DNA of 64,000 nucleotides from Atractiella rhizophila (lineage: Eukaryota): assembly GCA_021432655.1 (NCBI GenBank), contig MU271268.1, forward strand, positions 1 to 64,000, read 5' to 3'. Numbering within the stretch: the stretch's first letter is position 1; the number at the start of each line of letters is the position of its first letter. The position numbers were made by a program, and so were the translations under genes. The notes under the pieces are model-generated. The model was not told where the DNA came from, did not search any database, and saw nothing but the letters and a program-made list of their open reading frames with translations. Positions 1 to 12,648 of the stretch are shown here, one piece after another.

Positions 1-188
1 CTGCATCTTTCCTCCTGTATCGCACTAGCTGTTTTCATTTCGTTCGTCTGCGTTACGGTAGCGTACGGAGTGGGAGTGTTGAAGTTATTACGTTTTCGAC
101 TTTTACTTTCTTTCTGCCCTTTTGAGCTGGCTATCGCATCTGGTGTCAGTTCCGCCCGCTCCCGTAGTTTAGTCTGTTTTTCAGCTAT

Positions 189-304
189 CTGAGGTTCATC
201 TTTTCTTCGTCCTGTCACTCTGATGAACCTCAGGTAGGTGACTCCTCACCAACGTTCATGCAATGCTGATCTTTTCTTCGTTCTGTCACTCTGATGAACC
301 TCAG
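189..304. repeat. Inverted repeat plus ~37-bp direct repeat
   Basis: CTGAGGTTCATC...GATGAACCTCAG is a 12-bp inverted repeat (189-233). ATCTTTTCTTCGT(C/T)CTGTCACTCTGATGAACCTCAG occurs at ~197-233 and ~268-304. Confidence 0.85.
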
Positions 305-900
305 TTTCAACAGTAAACTGAGTGTCTTCAGCGACGTACAACTTTGGCCGACCCTTTCTTACAACTCATGACAGGAGGTGACTACTTCTGTCACCTTGAA
401 AGGGTGCAATTTAAAGCAGGGAGGAATCAGTCACCAATTCGCCGTTTGCGTCGGTCGACAAACACTTCAGTTTGTATAACTTAGTTTGTATAAGTTAGTT
501 TGTGTCGTCTAAGCAGACGTGTGCCGGGGTGGGTTTACGCTTTAAATAAGTGTTTTGAAGCCAGAGGCTTTGATGCAATCACTTGAGGACTTGCTCAGAG
601 CTTGTGATAAATAGAGAAAATTGCGATACATAACACATTATGGGTTCGCTTGGGTACATTTCTAGATCAATCGGTCTCTGTCAGCCTCAGTCGCCTCTCA
701 TTTACGGCTTGTAAATAGGGCTTAACGCTGTTATAAGAATTTCATGTATTCCTTGAAGAACTTTAGCCCTGCACTGTTCTCGCCAGCCTGAGGAGAGCTA
801 GGCCCAGAGGACACCTCTCCAGATGTAGTGCCCAGAAAAGCCCTTTCATACCCTATGCAGCATGTCAAGAGATGCACTCTCCCGTAGTACCAAATCCTTA

Positions 901-1272
901 TATAAAAAGCACGAAGGGTTTTGATCATGACTCACGCAGGTACTTTTGAGCCCTTATATCACCGCCCACAACAACCCTTTCAGAATTCTGAGTAGACCAC
1001 CAGAATACGCGTGTCGGCGCCTTTCGAACCGTGTACAGCAAAGACTATTTGAAACGCAAAAAAAAATGTTTTTACCACTGAGTCATATAAAAAGCATGAC
1101 GGGTTTGACCATGACTCAAGCATGTACTTTTGAGCCCTTATATCACTGGCCACAACAACCCTTTCAGAATTCTGAGTATACCACCAGAATACGCGTGTCA
1201 GCGCCTTTCGAAGCGTATACAGCAAAGACCATTTTGAGACACGAAAAAAAAATTGTTTTCACGACTGAGTCA
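901..1272. repeat. Two-copy ~185-bp tandem direct repeat
   Basis: Units 901-1085 and 1086-1272 both start TATAAAAAGCA, contain CATGACTCA..TACTTTTGAGCCCTTATATCAC..CACAACAACCCTTTCAGAATTCTGAGTA..CCACCAGAATACGCGTGTC and an A-tract, and end ACTGAGTCA. Confidence 0.95.
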
Positions 1273-2129
1273 GGTGACTTCTCCCCGAGGGACGAGGGGG
1301 CCGCTCAGCTTGTAGTCATAATATACAAGGAATGGTGCTCACAGCTTAGGTCCACAGTGAGGAGGTGACGATTGCACAATCTAGAGCATAGGCGGAACCC
1401 AACACATTTAGGAGGCTACAGAACTCCTTCAAGAGTTCTACCTTTGCTCTGCACTTTTCGGTCGCTCTAATCATCAACATCGCGGACACATATCTGATTC
1501 CGGGACGGAGGTACATTCCTCCTGCGATGATGCTACACACGGAATCACGCTCAGATTCAGGGAGAAGGGAATATGGGGAGAAAATATGGACGATTCAGCC
1601 GGAGGCGACGACATTTTGTGATGTTTGATGAGTCACGTGAGGGAGACAGGGAAATAGGTGAGGACCTAGGAGCTAAGCCGAGGAGAGATAATACCGCGAG
1701 GATCATGAAGGATCATTACTTACAGGACGACCCGGATGAGTCCTTCTCTATAGTGGAGATTTAGGGTTGAGATCCTGAGGCAACGAGTTAAATATGAGCA
1801 GTAGAAGTTGAAATCCTGTCAACCGACTGGAGGGTGGTCAAATAAGATTTCTGAACAAACGATGCGCGCTCTTGTACCGAGAGCAGAGCACTTATTGAGT
1901 CGTGATGCGAAGGCTGAGTAAAGGAAGGTGGCAGTTTGCCTCAAACATGAGCTCACGTTTCCGCCTCCTACCGCGTTGTCTGTCCTACGTAGGTACGTAC
2001 TGATCAAAAGGCAGCTCTTTAATCACAGCAGTGAGATCAGTCAAGTCTCCAGTGGCGTTATTCGCAACTTGAATGCACGAGTGTGCTAACAGGTTGACCA
2101 TTGACGCTGGCTTATCTCTTTTTTGTACA

Positions 2130-2885
2130 ACATTTAGCTCTGTTGAACCATACTCTCTCTCGATTTCTTCACACCCTCGAGTATATCTTTCCCATCAGGA
2201 TCATCGATCAACATCAATAACGAGCAGAAGGCAGACCTTTTTTCCGCATGTGTGTCTGTTTCGTCGTTAACAGTTACGTGGACGCTGGCTTCTTTGTGCT
2301 TTCCCACACTTGAAGATGTGCCTCAGGCGGCTCGTGAACATCAGGTTTGTCAAGTCCCCGAAACTTAGGAACAGTATTACTTCGTGCAGAGAAACGACCG
2401 CGGGTAGTGCCTTCCTCTCGTGAGTGTGGGCGAGGAGCGGCAGATCAAAGGTGGAGTATAATCCGTGATGCCATCATCGTTGTGAATACTATGGTCAGTG
2501 GACCATTTAAAGTTGGATTGAGTGCTGTAGGGATACTGTTTTGTGAGATTTATGTCAGTTCAGAGAGAAGGACAGATCAAGAAGGCAGGATATGTCGACG
2601 AACGTGAAGTAAATTACGTTAACTAGGTTGCAAATTGATACAATTATGAAATAGAGGACGCCATCTCGCATGAAGATTGAGATGAGACGCGTTGGAGTTG
2701 TGTTGGGCCAGTGAGTGATGAGAGGTCTATTGGGGTGTGAGCAAGTAGTGAGACGGAACATCAAGTGACGAACACGAGCATGAATATAGTAGGGGTTGTA
2801 TCGTAGAGGAGAAGCGGGATCCTGTGCTCCCCATTAATCATCTCACCCAAAACTGGTGAGAGCACGGACCAATAAGCCCATGTGC
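2130..2885 (-). pseudogene. 5'-truncated pseudogene of the 7-TM DUF6533-type family (copy A)
   Basis: Keeps exons IPLLLYDTT, RLISIFMRDGVLYFIIVSICNLVNVIYF and LNGPLTIVFTTMMASRIILHL. An in-frame TGA follows at 2445-2447 where the paralogues have Arg. No TM1-4 exons upstream. Confidence 0.85.
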
Positions 2886-4614
2886 TCCTATGTTCTTCAT
2901 CTTCGGCGACCTAAAACTGTCTCTCGAAATCTCACTCTTCCAAACGAAATTATAGAGGCGAGATCAAGGGCATTTCGCAAGCGAAGCTCTACTTGTTGAA
3001 CATAAGCAACTGAGCGTAAGACTTTGTCTGAGTTAAAAACTTCAACAACACAAGAGAAATAACTCCTGCTCGCTGACATCCACAGCTGTCCACATGATTA
3101 GAAGGGTGTATTAAGTGTCGGTATGGGCAAAGGAGAGGGAGAAAGTAAGATAGAGAGATGTAAACGGGGTTGATCCAGAATAACCAGAACTCTTCCTAAC
3201 ACGCTGGAAAACACAGCATGAGGAAAAGTTCAGGATCTCCATCAGAACATCGTCAAATTTCTCCGTCGCTTGTGCTTGACTCAGCTTCAGGCTAGTGGAG
3301 CTCGACAATTCTGTTGCCCACCAAAGGACTATTCAGTTTCACTGCGTACAGCATTTGCACAGTAAAGATCGTCATCTGTCCATCCACGGCAGGCTGTGGT
3401 TCAAGTGAGGTGAAGAATGACAGCGAGGCGTACTGTATTGAAACTTTGTTTCAGGAGAGCTTCGATCTGCTGGATTGGAAAAGACACTGTTTATTGGGTA
3501 CAGGATTTCTACCTTCGTCTATCAGCAAGGGATGAATGAAAGCACTACTGAAATTTGGACGTCCTTAAGGATTCGTAACTTCGACAGTGAAGAGGAGGGC
3601 AGGAGTATAACGCGACTAAAGTGAGAGCTGGCAAGGCTTGTTTAGCGGCTGTGAGTTCGAAAGAATGGGTTCTAAAACATGTTTGCATAGTATAAGAAAA
3701 GGAACATAGAAGCATAAGTAACAATGAAGTATGCGTACCTAAAACACCCAAAGAGTCCGCGAGGGCTAACAGAGAGCGGACATGGCTGTTGGCACAGCCC
3801 TACGAAAGAGAACGGACATGAATAAGCGAGAAGAGGGTGAAAAGGAAATAACACACCCTCTTTGAGTGTTCTAGAACGATAAAATACCTCGAACTCGGAA
3901 AGGGAGATGAAATGTGACCTTAAACAAGTGCCCAATGAGCAAAGCACAATAAAGGTAGAAATTAACGAGTACTCACCTCACACACAGCACTAGCTATACC
4001 TCAATACAGGCAAGCTCAGAGAAGATGGTGGTTGTGTGTGAGGGAGAGAAACGAGGTCACGGAAGCAAGACTGCGACAAAAGAAAATGACTCATAAAGTA
4101 CGACGAATGCTCATTTATGTTATTCGTATTACAAGGAGAGCAGTGCTGACCCAGTATTTTCGTCGTCGATAAGAACAAGAACTTCTAAGAGGTTTGTCCA
4201 AGACACATAGCCGGATCGACTCCACCTAGGTTGACGCAGTAAAAAATATGGGTCGCAATGACACGGAGCTTGTTGATGCTACGGGTCATTCGACTCCTTT
4301 CCCTGAGAAGCTCGCCACCCGTGAGAAGAGCAAGAGAATCCTCCCTTTATATTTCCGTATTTCGACTTCATTTTCATTTCATATTGATCCAACCCCCCAC
4401 CCGCTGATGATAGACCTCAGCCAGCTGTCTGATTGTTTGGTTTCTCGCCATGTACAAAGAGGAATTGTGAAGTGCGAGATGGGCAGGGACGCCCTCAGTG
4501 TCTTGCGGGGGACGCGACTTGAACGACCCAAGTTTCCCTGTAGGGGGAACTGTCTACTAAGGAAGAACCTGAACATTTATGACGTCATTCCGTTCACCTC
4601 CTTGATTTGGCAGG

Positions 4615-4760
4615 TTGAGATATAGAAACAAATGTTATCGCCATGATTTGTTTGCTTCGTCACTCTCGTCCAGATGCCAATGTGGAGGAGAGACATACCG
4701 GTGTCACAAGTGCTTCAATCAGGGCTGCTTTGATCGGATGAATGTAGTGTTGTTGCGTGA
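4615..4760 (+). mobile_element. Possible degenerate KDZ/CxC-type transposon fragment
   Basis: Translation YRHD...RCQCGGETYRCHKCF resembles the cysteine cluster upstream of KDZ transposases. Short, with no catalytic domain seen. Confidence 0.3.
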
Positions 4761-5459
4761 ATTAACCTCGAATTTCCCTGGCGACGACGAGGTTGGAGAG
4801 CTCTCTAGTAACGTATAAGATTATCCTAGACCTTGCAAGCGGTATTCCATAGGAATATTATCTATTATCTGAGTTCACACTTCCACTCGATCAAATTATC
4901 GTTGTGTTCCTACATCTGAAGTCAGCAAGCAGTACCTAAGGCATTCCGTACTCTGTTCAGTAGGGAGTAAAGGAGGGACGGAATGGACGTACACAGGATG
5001 GTTTGGAAGTCACAGACGCTTGAGATGCTTCCACGAGCTCGACGAGGAATGTTAGTGTTAAAGCGTGCGCGTCGGCTGCTGTACTACTTTGAACTGTTCC
5101 ACGGCTCCATCCCTCGCGTGATAGTAGCAGCATCTTTTGACAACTTGGATTGGATCATGGAAGCAGCTTGGAAGTGCTGGGGCTTCGAGTTGTACTTTTG
5201 AATCATGAACGGATGAAACGGAATGCATGACGACTACTAAATATACACTAGTAGCATGAAAATGGAATATATAGCTTTATTTTGCAATCATGTCGGCGCA
5301 CAGAGAACATATATCGCCGGAGATACTTGAGCTCAAAGCAGCGAGCTCCATAGCCGTTCCAGTTACGCTGACTGCTGCTGTAGTAAAACAACGAATGAAG
5401 TAGTAACAGAAGATACTGGATATTACCTGGACAGGATTTGATCGGAAACAGCACAGTCA

Positions 5460-7028
5460 TTACTTCTTGTGAACACCAGCGCCTTCATCCGACACACGAT
5501 AGTCTCTCTCTAGACCTTCAGCATCCTCCGCAGCCTCAAGTCTGTCTTCCCGTCAGGAGGATTGACTGGCATGCAAGAAATGAGGAATCGGCGGACCTCT
5601 TGTCAACATTTGTCTCTGTCTCAACCTTTACTATCACACCGGAATAACTAAGGTGTAAACCCTCTGGTCGCCTGCCTACGGTTTGAAGGTGAACGTCTGG
5701 TGATTGAACATCAGGTTTGTTAAGGGACCGAAATTTTGGAACAGTATTACTTCGTCCAGAGGAGCCACTGCCTCCTTCTCGCGAGTTTGTGCCAGGCACA
5801 ACAGATCGAAGGTGGAGGACGATGCGAGAAGCCATGATTGTCGTGAAAGTTAGGGTAAGGGGACAATTCAATGTTGGGTTGACTTCTTTCGGGAAGCTGC
5901 AATGTTAAGTTGATTCAGTCTTGTTGAGGATGAAATGAGCTCGCTACGAACGAAAAGTAAACCACATTAACCAGATTACAAATTGATACGATGATGAAGT
6001 AGGCGATTCCATCGCGCATGAAGATCGAGATGAGGCGGGTAGGAGGGGCTTCGCGCCAGTGAGAGATGAGCGGCCTATTAAAGGTTAGGAACAAGCCGGG
6101 AGGAACATCAAGGAACTTACACCAGCATGAAAATTGTCGCAGTGGTGTCGTAAAGCAGAAGCGGAATCCTGTCGCCACCATCAACAATCTCATCCATGTT
6201 TCAATGAGGACACGAACCAATAAACCCATATGTAGCTAGAAGAAACATTAGCATTACTAGTACTCGACTGACGAGAAGACGAAGCACCTGTCGCGTCCTC
6301 TAACAGAAATGCATCCCCTCAAGCCAGGTAATCTATGGAATCCGTCAATGTTTGTCGTGCTTGTCCCGACGACCTACAAAGGCAAGGTGTTGTCCTCTGC
6401 AAACGATGCCACTTGAACGGCGGTACCAGCAATGGCGAATGTTGCAAAGAAGTAAGCAACCCATTTGCGACGGTTCCACATTACCCATACTCTTGCTCCG
6501 AGGAGGAACTCGCAGTTCACTACATCCATATGAGAGCGATGACCTATCAAACTGAGAGCAGGTACGTACGAAAGAGGATGGTGGTAGCGACAGGTTCGAG
6601 AAAATGAACCCTGTTGCACAATTTTGGGGTGAATTCAAACCAGAGAAGGCACATGGCCAGGACGAAGGTCAAGAGGCCCCAGTAGCTTCAGAAATCTCGC
6701 GTAAGTCTACATTTTGCGGCGCAAACTTGTTGGAGGAGGGCTACGTACCGATTAAAGAAGAAAGAGACGCGGACTGGCGTCCAACGCTCTGCCTTCCACA
6801 TTGCCCTGTATTCCGCTGGGAAAGTAAGGATAAAGTCCCATCCATAGAGTGCGAAACAAGCTGAGTTCCATTTCAGTCGCACTCGCATGACGAGGGAGGA
6901 AAACACGTACCTGTGAGATAGACACGACTCGCAGAAAGTACACCTTCTATGTCTGCTCGGTGGATTGCGAGATCGAGCTGTTCTTGAACTGAAGGACTCG
7001 CATCCGCTGAAAGACCGGACGACGACAT
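5460..7028 (-). CDS. 7-TM GPCR-like DUF6533-type membrane protein (copy B), ~10 exons
   Basis: ATG at 7028 (MSSSGLSADASPSVQEQLDL). Spliced exons give CFALYGWDFILTFPAEYRAMWK..FFFNRYWG..NCEFLLGARVW..LRGCISV..IPLLLYDT..RDGIAYF..ASRIVLHL. Stop TAA at 5460. GT-AG junctions keep frame. Confidence 0.88.
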
Positions 7029-8989
7029 GACGTGCCAAGTGCCAAGAAACTTGTAGGAAACGCTGTCTGCAACAGCTAAGACCCTGGCCAAGAGGCAAAG
7101 CGGGCTTGGCTGTTTTATACGTCTCGTTTGAATTAAATTGTTCTGAAAGTAAAAATCCTTCTTACTGCAGCATTGAAGCTCTGAGAAAGTCTTGGCTTTG
7201 CAAACATAAAAAATTGAAGCCCACGCAATGAAGGACTCAGAAGGAAGACCCACCAATTGGGCTCGAAGGACGTGAACGTTCTGAACAGCGGTCACAGTTT
7301 CAACTATGAGAATGAACGAAGAAGAGAAAACGTTTCCCTCGCTCTGTCACCATAATCGGACGAGAGCTTTTGTCTTCTGCCTTCCCAGACTTCTGCGAGA
7401 ACAAACGTAATATTCTCGGAACGAGATGAAGGCACATTACCATTAACTGGTTTGAGCATAGCACTTCTTGCTCATAATCCAGTTGATGGACATCCTCACA
7501 ATTGAGTAACTGTGTAATTCGTAAATCATGAAAAGTCTTAACGTGATACAATGATCAATCATCCGTCATGAAGACGTTCCATCCAGTAATGACCCGGAAA
7601 TATTGTTTTTACGCTGTTTATTTCGACGAGGAAAACCCGATCACTAGGTAGTGCTTGGGTCTGGTTCTCATTGGTTTAGGAGAACCTAAACCGGAGCAGC
7701 TTGAAGGATAGAGTTATTAGACGATCGTTTTCATATATGTCCCGAGAAGCAGATAGTCAAGACACGCATTCACCTAAAGTATCTGTAAGAGTTGGATTTC
7801 CCAAGGAGCTACAGGAATGAATGTTGCGTACGACTCAGTTTCCTCGTGTCGGAACACTAAGATCGAATGGAATTAGGCAGGAGCACCAGGGTTACGGACC
7901 TTCTGGGCTCACTTGTTGTCGATCGAAAAGGATAGAGACGAAGCTGAATTCAAGTGGATCAAGACTTGCTTAGCTTGAGCGAGCGGAGAATGAGGACTTT
8001 GGTTCGCAGTCCGTGTCTAACCCCCTCGAATCAGTGGACAGTCAAAGTCGCAGCTGAAGCTACCAGCATAGGAAATCACAAGTCTGGTCCTTTAAAGTTT
8101 ACTATCTGTGTAGTCCGTATGACACTATTGACCAGAGGCACAGTTGTAAGGGCAGGCAGAGGTTTTTGAACCCCCGCTTAACCGTCGATTCATCAATCGA
8201 TCGATCAATATCTACTGTGGAAGGAATGACTCCTCCAATGTCTGGCATGGGTCACCGTCAATCGGTAATAGCGTGAATATTCGACTATTTCCAACGGTAT
8301 CAGTAGTGCTTATCCTTTCTCTGAGGAAGTGAATCATACACCCTCGGAGGAGTCCATGTCCTTCTTATTTAGAGAATGCTTGCCTTTCCTATGTTGCAGA
8401 GCACTTCTGGTCGTGCAAGTCGCGTCGTGTACGAGGCATTGGACTTCTCGGCTCTCCTGTCGTCTCACGCTTAGGCATTTGTCTTTTGTCCATGGAAAAG
8501 AGCGAACCAACAGAAACCGAGGTTTCAGGACTATCTAATAACTAGTTATCCCATCAGCGTCATCGTCAGATATGGACAATGAAAGCAGAGCTGAAATACG
8601 CACACATGGAGGAGGATGATAAAGATTGTTTCCGAAGGGTGCTTCAAATTCTATTGAAGGCGTTGCGTTAGGGAGACAGATGTTAGTCGCTAGATGCCTC
8701 CTCCTTCATTCCCGCTTGAGCGCAAAAGAGGAGGATGGACCGTGTTACAGGAGAAAATCTATCCGCCCCGCTGATGGATTGGACGAATGCAGTGCTGTTG
8801 CGCGAATTGATGAGCGTGAAAGATCTCGAAAGACCCTCGGCGAAGGGATGGAGAGGAACTGATGCAGCTGTTATTCCCGCCTGAACAACCTCAAGATATG
8901 TCCGCGCGTCTGCTCGATCGAATCGTTGCCCTGCTCTCACAGACCATCTGAAGCGAGGACGTGGTGCATAAAGTAAATGTTGGGCGCTC

Positions 8990-9595
8990 GCCGTACTCTA
9001 CTATAAATAGAGGCAAGACCAGGGACGGGAATGTCGTCCAAAAAACCATTGAATTGTTGGTCACAGCCCTTTGATAACTCTCGAGCGTCTCTCGAGAAGT
9101 CGGGCACTACAAGGGAGAAGACGATGAGAATCGCTCACCACATACAAGGTAACACCTGTCCTCAGCATATGTCATGGTCTTACATATACATGAGAGAAAG
9201 AGAAACATGCCTGGTAAAGTTATCGAGGGACAGAATAGTCATTGGGGAGAGAAGAGGCGTGCGCACAAGCGATCCAAGGCGAGAAGACATCCTTTGCCAC
9301 GGCGCGTGGTCGACCAGTTTCTCACTTTTCTCCTTCGTGCCAGTAGGAGAGCATCGCCACAACCAAGCTCCTCGCCATGCAGCTCGTCACAACTCGCGGC
9401 TTCGATCGCAGCCCATCTGCCTGCTTTATCCTGCCCTTCACTGCCGCTCTCTCTAGCATCATCGTCCAGTTGTAAGAACGAAAGCGGAACCGACAGTGAA
9501 GGGAACCAGTTTCGGAGAAAAGTGTAGTTGTCAACATTCTGAGTTGGGACTCTGCTAGGATGATGTAGGTGAGATGGAGAGCGAGGAAAGTGCAA
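8990..9595 (-). pseudogene. Degenerate nucleotide-sugar (UDP-galactose-type) transporter fragment
   Basis: LQLDDDARESGSEGQDKAGRWAAIEAAS aligns with VQLDDGAGGKSGLGNEGEDKVRGLLAIGAAS of 16597-17806. The DNA also matches 16730-16860. Multiple frameshifts. Confidence 0.75.
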
Positions 9596-11193
9596 TCATT
9601 ACCATGCCGCTTGGAGATAACAGCGGAGCAGCGCACGGATATGTTTGCAATTAGGGCCAGAAATCGCATAGCACACGAAACGAGAGAAAGGTAAAATATA
9701 CGGCTTATATCCAACCGCGCGCACCATACGTGTCAAATTCGACCCGAAGCAGAACCAATATGTCGGTACAGGTCCAATGGCAAATGTCATATCTTATTTA
9801 CAACCATGTCCGCAGACACAAGGGAATGATGTACACCACAGGGATAGCACTTGAAAACTTATGCAGCGTATGGAGAGTGCGCGAGCCGTTCCGGTCACGC
9901 CAACCGCGTTTTGCAACGAATGAGCAACAGATGATGGTATTGGGCAATACCAAGATCGATCAGATTTGAGTGAAAACTGCCTCATTATTTCTTCTTTCCA
10001 CCAGCACCCTCATCAGACGCACGATAATCTCTCTCTAGACCTTCGGCATCCTCCGCAGCCTCGAGTCTATCTTTCCCTGTTAGGAATAGAGGCAAGACCA
10101 GGGACGGGAATGTCGTCCAAAAAACCATTGAATTGTTGGTCACAGCCCTTTGATAACTCTCGAGCGTCTCTCGAGAAGTCAGGCACTACAAGGGAGAAGA
10201 CGATGAGAATCGCTCACCACATACAAGGTAACACCTGTCCTCAGCATACAGCAATGGTCTTACATATACATGAGAGAAAGAGAAGCATGCCTGGTAAAAG
10301 TTATCTAGGACAGAATAGTCATTGGGGGGAGAAGAGGCGTGCGCACAGGCGATGCAAGGCGAGAAGACATCCTTTGCCACATCGCATAGTCGATTTTCCT
10401 CTTCCGTACACCATCTAGTTTCTCACTTTTCTCCTTCGTGCCAGTAGGAGAGCATCGCAACAACCAAGCTCCTCGCCATGCAGCTCGTCACAACTCGCGG
10501 CTTCGATCGCAGCCCATCTGCCTACTTCATCCTCCCCTTCACTGCCCTTCTCTCTAGCATCATCGTCTAGTTGTAGGAACGAAAGCGGAACCGACAGTGA
10601 GGGACCAGTTTCGGAGAAGAGTGTAGTTTTAACAGTCAGAGTTGGGATGCTAGGATGATGTAGGTGAGATAGAGAGCGAGGAAAGTGCAATCATTACCAT
10701 GCCGCTATTATTCAATTTCTAGCCTTGTAGATAGAGGAGCGGCGCACGGATATGTTTGCAACTACGGCCAGAAATCGCATCGCACACGAAACGAGAGAAA
10801 GGAAAGAACACAGCTTATATCCAACAGCGCACACCGCACGTGTCAAATTCGACCCGAAACGGATCGAATATGTCGGTTCCAATGGGAAATGACATATCTA
10901 TTTACAACCATGTCCGCAGACATTAGGGAAAGATGTACACAGCAGGGATAGCACTTGAAAACTTATGCAGCGTATGGACAGTGTGCGAGCCGTTCCCGTC
11001 ACGCCAACCGCGTGTTGCAATGAATGAGCAGCAGATGATGGTATTGGGCAATACCTTGGTAAGATCGATCCGATTTGAGTGAAAACTGCATCATTATTTC
11101 TTCTTTCCACCAGCACCCTCATCAGACGCACGATAATCTCTCTCTAGACCTTCGGCATCCTCCGCAGCCTCGAGTCTATCTTTCCCTGTTAGG
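9006..11193. repeat. ~1.1-kb tandem duplication (9006-10085 / 10086-11193)
   Basis: Both units start AATAGAGGCAAGACCAGGGACGGGAATG and end CCTCGAGTCTATCTTTCCCTGTTAGGA. Highly similar, with indels. Confidence 0.95.
10086..10690 (-). pseudogene. Second degenerate nucleotide-sugar transporter fragment
   Basis: Duplicate of 9006-9595: LQLDDDAREKGSEGEDEVGRWAAIEAAS. Confidence 0.75.
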
Positions 11194-12648
11194 AGGACCT
11201 TTCTCACAAGGTGGTAGACAGACCTCTTTTCCACGTTTGTCTCCACTTCAACATTAACCATCACAACTGCATTACTAACCTGCAGCCCCCCCTCTATTCG
11301 CCTTCCGACACTGTGAATGTGTGCATCTGGTGGTTCACGAAAATCAGGCCTGTTAAAGCTCCTAAACTTTGGAACTGTGTTAATTCGTCCAGAGGAGCCA
11401 CTGCGGCTGCTGCCTCCCTCTCGTGAGTTTGAACCAGGGGCGACAGACCGAAGATGGAGCACGATTCGAGAAGCCATGATCGTCGTGAATGTCAGAGTAA
11501 GCGGACAGTTCAGAGTTGGGTTGATTTCTGTTGGGATGCTGTAGTATCACGTTGGTTTAGGAGAATCTTTGGCTGAAGGTGGTTACGAACGAGAAGTAAA
11601 CCACGTTAACCAGATTGCAAATTGATACGATAATGAAGTAGGCGATGCCATCGCGCAAGAAGATTGAGATGAGGCGGGTAGGAGGGGCTTCGCGCCAGTG
11701 AGAGATGAGTGGACTGTTGAAAGGTTAGGAACAAGTCCGGAGGAGATTATCTAGCTCACACGAGCATGAAAATCGTCGCCGTTGTATCGTAAAGCAGAAG
11801 TGGGACCCTGTCGTTATGATCAGCGGTTTGATCATGGAAACGTGCGACGAACCAATAAATCCAGATGTAGCTTTTACGCGAAACATTGCGTCAGTTTTTA
11901 AACCACATAGACGTGAAGACGAATTACTGGTCACGTCCTCGGATCGAGATGCAACCCCTCAGGCCAGGTAGTCTATAGACAGGTCAACAAATGTCTCCTT
12001 TTCCTCGCAGACGTACAAACGCAGGGCATCGTCCTCAGCAAATGACAGCACCTGGACAGCCGTGCCAGCTATGGCAAAAATCCCAAAGAAGTATGCGATC
12101 CATTTGCGACGGTTCCACATTACCCATACTCTTGTGCCGAGGAGGAACTCGCAGTTCACTGCACCCATGATTGTCAATACTTATTTAACTACATGGTTTG
12201 AGGTGAGCGGACGCACAGAAGAGAATGGTGGTGGCAGCAGGCTCGAGAATATGGAACTTGTTGCAGGTTTTCGGGGTAAATTCAAGCCAGAGAAGACACA
12301 TCGCCAGGACGAAGGTCAAGAGACCCCAGTAGCTGCAGAATTCTGAGGTGAGTCTTCTACTTGTTGAACAAACTTGCGGAGCTGTAAACACACCGATTGA
12401 AGAAGAACGAGACACGGACTAGCGTCCAACGTTCAGCCTTCCACATCGCCTTGTATTCTCCTGGAAAAGTGAGGATGAAATCCCAGCCATAGATCGCAAA
12501 GCAAGCTGTTAGCTCATTTGGTTAAGCTCACATGAGGTGGAGGAAAACACAAACCAGTGAGATAGACGCGACTAGCTGAAAGGACTTCTTCCAAAGATGC
12601 TCGTTGGTTAACGAGATCGAGCTGTTCTTCTAGCGGGGGGACGGACAT
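11094..12648 (-). CDS. 7-TM GPCR-like DUF6533-type protein (copy C)
   Basis: ATG at 12648 (MSVPPLEEQLDL). Same exon layout as copy B, frame kept. Ends DEGAGGKKK* at 11094. Confidence 0.88.

Noticed and set aside
215..335. Hammerhead ribozyme suggested by CTGATGA followed by a stem
   Set aside because: No GAAA follows the stem and no cleavage-site helix can be built.
901..1272. CRISPR-like array
   Set aside because: Only two long units with no unique spacers, in a eukaryotic context.
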